Shown here one piece after another: positions 58,477 to 64,000 of a DNA stretch of 64,000 nt. Origin of the DNA: Pseudomonadota bacterium (GTDB taxonomy: Bacteria > Pseudomonadota > Gammaproteobacteria > Magnimaribacterales > D2472); the NCBI GenBank assembly GCA_028404565.1, contig JAOOBR010000005.1, forward strand, positions 2,454-66,453, written 5' to 3'. Under the pieces are notes generated by a model. That model worked only from the letters and a program-made list of their open reading frames with translations, did not search any database and had not been told where the DNA came from. The first letter of the stretch is position 1. The number at the start of each line of letters is the position of its first letter. The translations under genes and the position numbers were made by a program.

Positions 58477-60579
58477 TTAGAAGCTTCGTGTTAGAGAAAG
58501 TCTTACGTTTCTCTCTCTTCCTACAGAAGCTTGATGAGTGCTATGTGAATGTGGAAAATATAACTTATCTGTTAAATTTTCCATGTTCAGCTGAAGTCTG
58601 AAGTCATCAGAAAGCATATAGTAAAGTGCAGCATCAACTCTCGTATAAGCAGGTAGCATTTGCGTACCACCATCTTTAATAAGTGAGTCGTTCTGATGTA
58701 TAACACCTACTGCCCATCCAAGCTTAGGATTCATTGAAACATTCGCCCACATCGAAGCTGTTGTTTCAGGAACTTCTCTCGCGTCTTTTGTACCATTCTT
58801 TGCATCTATGATATTTGAAAGACCAAGAGTTAGGTCTAGCTTATCGTTAACTCTCCCTTTAAGCTCTAACTCCATTCCATTAACTTCGAGGCCTCTTTCA
58901 ACTATATATTCAGCACTTGACCCATCATATCCAGCTTTATCAGCTTTGCTGTCAAAGTAAGCAGCAGTTAAACTCAGATCAGAAGTTAGGTCTACTTTGA
59001 CACCTAATTCAGTATTCTCGAAATAGTCAGGTCGTAAAGTTTCACCTGAGCCAGGAGATCCGCCTGTAAGTTTTTTATACTGCTCACCAGATCTTGGTGC
59101 AAAACTCTCACTGTAACTGTAGTAAATAGATACAGCATCTCTTGGTTTATATATTAATCCCATTCTTGGAGAAAATTCACTATCTTCTCTGGCCGCTGAT
59201 GTTCCATTCTTAATGTCATCTACAGTCACATCAAAAGTATCATGTCTTCCACCTAGAACTAAAACCAAGTTGTCAGTTACATCTATTTGATCCTGAATAA
59301 AGAAAGAGGTAACGCTAATATCGGTCTCTGTGCTTGATTTAAGCGAACAAGGATTTGTATATTCTACTGATGTTGGAGCTCCGCCTGCTGTTACAGTGAA
59401 ATCCATGGGCTCAGTAATATTGAAAGACTCTTGATCATAACCACTTACTGAGCAATCTTTTGAAGTCCAATAAGTGTTAAATCTGAAGTTACTATTTTCT
59501 GTTTCGATGCTTTCAAAACCTGCAAGAACTGTATGTGTAGTGTTTCCAATTGTAAGTTCATTAACTAAGCTACCAGAAAGTATAAAGTTATCTCTTTCTG
59601 TTGGATCATGATAACCATCCATAGTTACCACACCGCTCCCGGCAGTGTGGGATGCAGCATAAGTATTCTGATACATCTTTTCAAAACTGTTTGATGTCAT
59701 AGATAGGTTTCCTTTTCTAGTGTCTGAGAAAACATGACTTACAGTTGCTCGAAAAACAGAAGCTTCAACAGTATGAATATTATTGTCTTTATCTCCGAAA
59801 ACAATGCCTGCAAAATCTTTTACAGGTACATTGTTAGCTGTTGGTATACCTCTATCAATAAATCTCTCATGATCAATATGCTCATATGAAAGGTCTAATG
59901 TTGTATCAGAACTCAACTTCATTCTAAGCGTCGGATTAAAGCCCAATCTTTCGCCTTCATAGTAATCTCTATGATTTTCAAGAGTATCGCTATGAACATT
60001 TATACGAAGAGCCATTGTATCGCCCATATCCATGTTTACGTCAGCAGCAACATCAAATGCTCCAAATGAATCCATACCCAAGTTAACCGTCCTGAAGTCG
60101 TCTCCAACCATAGCTTTTTTTGTGACTCTGTTAAGAGCTCCACCTGTTCCACCTCTTCCAAATAGAAGCGCATTAGGCCCTCTTAAAATTTCAACCTGCT
60201 CCACGTTATATAGTGAACGATAGTATTGAACATCATCTCTAGCACCATCTTGGAAAAAATCAGCTGTGGATCTTACACCTCTGAAAACCACGGCATCACG
60301 ATGCCCTTCACCTTGTGATGTATTTACACCAGGTGTATATCTGATTATGTCTCCAATAGATCTCATGCCTTTCTCAAGCATCTCTTCGTCAGTAACAATT
60401 GTTAGAGATTGGGGAACATTAATAATAGGTGTTGGTGTCTTCAGAGCGTTTACTTGATCTGATTGGAGCACTTTGCCTTTTACTATAACTTCTTCTATTT
60501 CAGCATCTTGAGCAGAAACTGAACCAGAAATGAAAAAACCGCAAACAGCGATTAAGCTTAAAAATAATACTTGTCTCAT
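58477..60579 (-). CDS. TonB-dependent outer-membrane receptor, catecholate-siderophore (Fiu/CirA)-like
   Basis: 700 aa with a signal peptide. Plug domain (GEGHRDAVVFRGVRSTADFFQDGARDDVQYYRSLYNVEQVEILRGPNALLFGRGGTGG), beta-barrel and C-terminal Phe. Confidence 0.93.
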   Translation of the reverse strand: MRQVLFLSLIAVCGFFISGSVSAQDAEIEEVIVKGKVLQSDQVNALKTPTPIINVPQSLTIVTDEEMLEKGMRSIGDIIRYTPGVNTSQGEGHRDAVVFRGVRSTADFFQDGARDDVQYYRSLYNVEQVEILRGPNALLFGRGGTGGALNRVTKKAMVGDDFRTVNLGMDSFGAFDVAADVNMDMGDTMALRINVHSDTLENHRDYYEGERLGFNPTLRMKLSSDTTLDLSYEHIDHERFIDRGIPTANNVPVKDFAGIVFGDKDNNIHTVEASVFRATVSHVFSDTRKGNLSMTSNSFEKMYQNTYAASHTAGSGVVTMDGYHDPTERDNFILSGSLVNELTIGNTTHTVLAGFESIETENSNFRFNTYWTSKDCSVSGYDQESFNITEPMDFTVTAGGAPTSVEYTNPCSLKSSTETDISVTSFFIQDQIDVTDNLVLVLGGRHDTFDVTVDDIKNGTSAAREDSEFSPRMGLIYKPRDAVSIYYSYSESFAPRSGEQYKKLTGGSPGSGETLRPDYFENTELGVKVDLTSDLSLTAAYFDSKADKAGYDGSSAEYIVERGLEVNGMELELKGRVNDKLDLTLGLSNIIDAKNGTKDAREVPETTASMWANVSMNPKLGWAVGVIHQNDSLIKDGGTQMLPAYTRVDAALYYMLSDDFRLQLNMENLTDKLYFPHSHSTHQASVGRERNVRLSLTRSF

Positions 60580-60609
60580 AAAACTACCTCTTATATCTTA
60601 AGTGATAGT

Positions 60610-60642
60610 GAGAATGATAATGATTCTCATTTAGATTTACAA
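60610..60642 (-). promoter_or_regulatory. Fur box overlapping a sigma-70-like promoter of the TonB-dependent receptor
   Basis: GAGAATGATAATGATTCTC (60610-60628) matches 16/19 positions of GATAATGATAATCATTATC. On the minus strand: TTGTAA (60642-60637), 17 nt spacer, TATCAT (60619-60614). GAGGT Shine-Dalgarno sequence 6 nt before the ATG. Confidence 0.75.
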
Positions 60643-60659
60643 GTATTTTTTTACTTTTT

Positions 60660-61076
60660 TTAGTTATTCCCTCTAATCGTGAAATATAAACCAATAATAA
60701 ATAAGAAAATTTGTTCACTTGTGAAAAGCTTTCTTAAGTCGGCAAACCAATCCATATGAGCCAAATAAATAGCGCCAATCATTATTACTACAACTGCCCC
60801 TCCGGATAGTCTTGTAACTAAATTACCAAAATTGCCTGGTAGTAGTCCTCCCAAAATTATTCCGGCACCAGCCCCTACTTCACCCAAAGCAACAAGACTT
60901 GTAACAATCTCCGGATACATAAAGCCCATGCTTTCAAACCAGGTAACCATTCTTTCAGGTGGTAATGGAAACTTACCGATTCCATGGTAGATAAATGCTA
61001 TCCCAAGACCAAGTCTAAGCAGCCAAGGAGTTATAGGCATAAAGGGTTTTGCCATTGCGTCTAGATATTTATTCAT
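60660..61076 (-). CDS. DoxX-family membrane protein
   Basis: 138 aa. LLRLGLGIAFIYHGIGKF motif and four hydrophobic helices. Confidence 0.75.
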   Translation of the reverse strand: MNKYLDAMAKPFMPITPWLLRLGLGIAFIYHGIGKFPLPPERMVTWFESMGFMYPEIVTSLVALGEVGAGAGIILGGLLPGNFGNLVTRLSGGAVVVIMIGAIYLAHMDWFADLRKLFTSEQIFLFIIGLYFTIRGNN

Positions 61077-61150
61077 AAAATCTCCTTAATGAATACAAGC
61101 AATTAAAATTTTTATATAAATCTATTGTTCTAGCATAGCAAAAAAGATAT

Positions 61151-62563
61151 TTAATTATCTTTTTTTATGCTGCCAAATACGTCGATGGCTTTTTGTCTTG
61201 AAGTTTTTAAATCAACAATTGGCTCAACATAGCCAAGATCTTTTGGATTGCTTGGCATGTGAACATCTTTATTTGGGCAATCTCGAAGTTCCTTAACATA
61301 TTTCCTAATATATTCGCCTGTTTCATCAAATCTTAGTGATTGAGTTTCTGGATTCATTATTCTGAAATACGGAGCAGCATCAGTCCCTGTAGAAGCACTC
61401 CACTGCCAACCACCATTATTTGAAGCAATATCACCATCTATAAGATGCTTCATAAAAAATTCTTCGCCTATTTTCCAATCCACCAGCAAATTCTTGGATA
61501 AGAACATTGCCACAATCATTCTTAATCTATTATGCATCCACCCTGTTTCAATCATTTGCCTGATTCCTGCATCAACTATAGGTATCCCCGTTCTCCCATT
61601 TTTCCATGCTTCGATAAAATCTGGATTATTCTCCCAAGGGATATTCTCATAACGCATTTGGAAAGGTTTGCCTTTTGATACTCTTGGATAATTAAATATT
61701 ATGTGCCGGTAGAATTCTCTCCAAAGTATTTCAGATACCCAGTGAACAATTCCTTTATCTCCCTCGTCTAAAGCATCGTAATTAAAATTTCTTGATTGAT
61801 TCAAGCACCACTTTGACGAAACAACACCTGTATTTAAATAAGGAGAAGCCATAGATGTTGCTTTCATCGAAGGAAAGTTCCTATCAGTTTTATACAAAGT
61901 CCCTTTTTTCTCTAAGAAATTTGAGATCATTGTCTGGACGTTAGTCTCGCCGACAGGCCAAAGATCTTGATTTATTTTAGATTTGTCATAGCTATGAATA
62001 TCAAACTCATTCTGATGAGAAATATTTATCTGACTTACTGGTGAAGGAATAGGAATTTCTTCAAGCATTGCATAATCTAATTCAGCAAACCAACATCTTT
62101 TAAAGGGGCTGTAAACTGAGAAATCTCCTCCAGCTTTTGTTTTTAATGTTCCAGGTTTATGAATAACCTGATCATGAAATGAAAATACTCCTTTATTTTG
62201 ATTTTCAAAAGTCTGAGTAACTTCTTCATCTCTTTTTCTTTCGTTTACGGGATATTCAATATTAAAGAAGATGTTGTCTAAACTATTTTCAGTTGAAAAC
62301 TCTAGAAGTTTTTTTGGATGATCTTTATAAAAATCTGATTTTAGAATGATTAAGGGAATATTTATTTTTTTAAGCTCTTTTTCGAGCTCAACCAAGCATC
62401 TAAACCAGAATGAAATCTTATTAACAGAATCGTTATGCTCATCCCACTGTGATTCACTGACAATATAGACTGCTACAACCTCATTATTAGCATTACATGC
62501 TGCATCCAAAGCAGGGTTGTCATAAACCCTTAGATCATTTCTAAACCAAACTAAATTTCTCAT
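61151..62563 (-). CDS. phrB: Deoxyribodipyrimidine photolyase (CPD class I)
   Basis: 470 aa. LVWFRNDLRVYDNPAL N-terminus and FAD-binding C-terminus (WREFY, GWMHNRLRM, DGDIASNNGGWQW). Confidence 0.95.
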   Translation of the reverse strand: MRNLVWFRNDLRVYDNPALDAACNANNEVVAVYIVSESQWDEHNDSVNKISFWFRCLVELEKELKKINIPLIILKSDFYKDHPKKLLEFSTENSLDNIFFNIEYPVNERKRDEEVTQTFENQNKGVFSFHDQVIHKPGTLKTKAGGDFSVYSPFKRCWFAELDYAMLEEIPIPSPVSQINISHQNEFDIHSYDKSKINQDLWPVGETNVQTMISNFLEKKGTLYKTDRNFPSMKATSMASPYLNTGVVSSKWCLNQSRNFNYDALDEGDKGIVHWVSEILWREFYRHIIFNYPRVSKGKPFQMRYENIPWENNPDFIEAWKNGRTGIPIVDAGIRQMIETGWMHNRLRMIVAMFLSKNLLVDWKIGEEFFMKHLIDGDIASNNGGWQWSASTGTDAAPYFRIMNPETQSLRFDETGEYIRKYVKELRDCPNKDVHMPSNPKDLGYVEPIVDLKTSRQKAIDVFGSIKKDN

Positions 62564-63286
62564 CTAACTTTCTATTTTACTCCCATCAAATGCAAAAACT
62601 GATCCTGAATCACCTTCTTTCAGTCCATTTACAACATTAATCATGGCATCTGCAGAAAACTTTGGAGTGAAAAGTTTATTCTCTGGAACATTTTTTTGAA
62701 ATGGTTTACTCAACTCAGTATCAACTGTGCCTGGATGAAGTCCAATGACTTTCGCTAGTTTATTAGTTCTAGCTAATTCAATTGCAAAATTCTTAATCAG
62801 CATATTTAGTGAAGCTTTGCTGGCTCTGTATGCATGCCATCCACCCAGATTATTATCTGAAATGCTACCAACTCTTGCACTCAAAAAAGCAAAAATACTA
62901 GAATTTTTATTATCTAGCATGGGTAAAAAGTATTTGCCAACTAAAGCAGGTCCAACGGTATTTATATTAAGAACTTTCTTAAAGTTATCAGCTGATATTT
63001 GTTTCAAGCTTTTTTCTGGAGAAAAATCAGCGCCATGGAGGACTCCAGTTGCAACAATTATTAATTGGTAAGGCCCATATGCCTCTGCCTGTTTTGCGGC
63101 ACTCTCAATGGAGTTCTCATCTTCTAAATCTAAAAAATGATGGGCATGAAGGTTTTCAATATCTGTATTTTCTGATCTTGATAGTCCAATAATCTTATTA
63201 TCAGCATTTTGTTTTGCAAAAATATCAACGAAAGCTTTGCCAATTCCGCCTGAGGAACCAATTATTAATATATTTTTATTTGTCAT
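62564..63286 (-). CDS. SDR-family oxidoreductase
   Basis: 240 aa with IIGSSGGIGKA and YRASKASLN. Its stop abuts the phrB start with no gap. Confidence 0.85.
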   Translation of the reverse strand: MTNKNILIIGSSGGIGKAFVDIFAKQNADNKIIGLSRSENTDIENLHAHHFLDLEDENSIESAAKQAEAYGPYQLIIVATGVLHGADFSPEKSLKQISADNFKKVLNINTVGPALVGKYFLPMLDNKNSSIFAFLSARVGSISDNNLGGWHAYRASKASLNMLIKNFAIELARTNKLAKVIGLHPGTVDTELSKPFQKNVPENKLFTPKFSADAMINVVNGLKEGDSGSVFAFDGSKIES

Positions 63287-63339
63287 AAAAAATTCAGTGG
63301 TGTAAATTCTAAATTGACTATTAATTTAAGAATTAAGTA

Positions 63340-64000
63340 ATGAAATTTATATTGACGTCATTTTTATTTTTTTCAAGTCTTTTGGGGGCTGAAACTCGTT
63401 TGGCTATCTTGGGGTCAGGCACTCCAAACCCAGATCCTCAAAGAATGGGATCTGCTTACGCGGTAATAGTAAATGATAATGCATACTTGGTGGATTTTGG
63501 TCCCGGAGTAATCAGAAGAGCGGCTGAACTATCTTCGAATTGGGGTGGAGATATAGATGCATTAATTCCTGCCAAATTAAAGCATGCATTTTTAACTCAT
63601 ATTCACTCTGATCATACTATGGGATTATCAGATTTCTTAATAACTCCTTGGATCATGGGTAGAAATGAAAAAGTTGAACTTTTTGGTCCTAAAGATCTCG
63701 AGAATATGGCAACAAATATTCTCAAAGCCTACAAAACAGATATCGATTATCGTATTTATGGAACTCAGCCGGCAAATAAATTAGGTTATAAATTTAACTT
63801 TCATGAATTGAAAAATGGCGTAATTTTTCAAAATGAAGATGTTAAAGTTGAATCCTTTAGAGTTGATCATGGAGGACTTCATGAATCATATGGCTTTAAG
63901 TTTACATCTGCAGATAAAGTGATTGTTTTTTCAGGTGATACAGGACCATCAGAGATTTTAGAAAGTTATGCTAAAGATGCTGATATTTTAGTTCATGAGG
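63340..64000 (+). CDS. Secreted metallo-beta-lactamase-fold hydrolase (partial; runs off the window end)
   Basis: Not in the ORF track because it has no stop in the window. My translation from ATG 63340: MKFILTSFLFFSSLLGAETRLAILGSGTPNP...THIHSDHTMGL (HxHxDH motif). Open to position 64000. Confidence 0.8.
   Translation, partial: MKFILTSFLFFSSLLGAETRLAILGSGTPNPDPQRMGSAYAVIVNDNAYLVDFGPGVIRRAAELSSNWGGDIDALIPAKLKHAFLTHIHSDHTMGLSDFLITPWIMGRNEKVELFGPKDLENMATNILKAYKTDIDYRIYGTQPANKLGYKFNFHELKNGVIFQNEDVKVESFRVDHGGLHESYGFKFTSADKVIVFSGDTGPSEILESYAKDADILVHE

Noticed and set aside
60580-60659. Cobalamin or other riboswitch upstream of the TonB-dependent receptor
   Set aside because: Only 80 bp are available, and they are fully accounted for by a promoter, a Fur box and a Shine-Dalgarno sequence. 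That is too short for a B12 aptamer, and no B12-box-like sequence was seen.

Overview
Visibly AT-rich, very gene-dense chromosomal segment. Many start/stop overlaps; divergent spacers are only 26-60 bp and two convergent gene pairs overlap. From gene content and order I infer a genome-streamlined marine-type gammaproteobacterium (not verifiable here). Several Pseudomonas-type blocks are recognisable: scpA-scpB-rluB, xseB-ispA-dxs, nrdR-ribD-ribBX-ribH-nusB, miaA-hflK-hflC-purA and ponA/aroK-aroB/gltB-gltD-hemE. I call about 60 CDS and one stand-alone tRNA-Ala(UGC). I saw no rRNA, CRISPR array, IS element, integrase gene or prophage. The first 45 kb is mostly housekeeping: chromosome segregation, aromatic amino acid, isoprenoid, riboflavin, purine, LPS core/lipid A, peptidoglycan and glutamate synthase genes. 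It shows three clear rearrangements relative to the conserved gammaproteobacterial order: hfq-hflX are absent, pilMNOPQ are absent, and gltB is inverted. The less ordinary content lies mainly between 46 and 61 kb. Items worth a second look: (1) an orphan cobS-cobT AAA+/vWA pair packed against an AurF-like di-iron protein and a BI-1-type membrane protein; (2) a secreted DUF305 / Met-His-rich / LVIVD-propeller fusion followed by DoxX; (3) an alkylglycerol-monooxygenase-like enzyme overlapping a GcvT-family demethylase-like gene, followed by a MetF-like reductase; (4) a Fur-box-controlled TonB-dependent receptor, then the only long non-coding stretch in the window (266 bp, three strong stem-loops, two opposite-polarity intrinsic terminators), then three small membrane-protein genes ending at the tRNA; (5) a DnaT-domain plus lambda-P-like gene pair with no other phage genes nearby; (6) an 88-codon extension on gltD that may be a homopolymer frameshift artefact or a separate small DNA-binding protein; (7) a GT4 / methyltransferase / alpha-alpha-toroid operon beside waaA-lpxL. 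All functional calls come from reading motifs by eye. No database search or folding was run.
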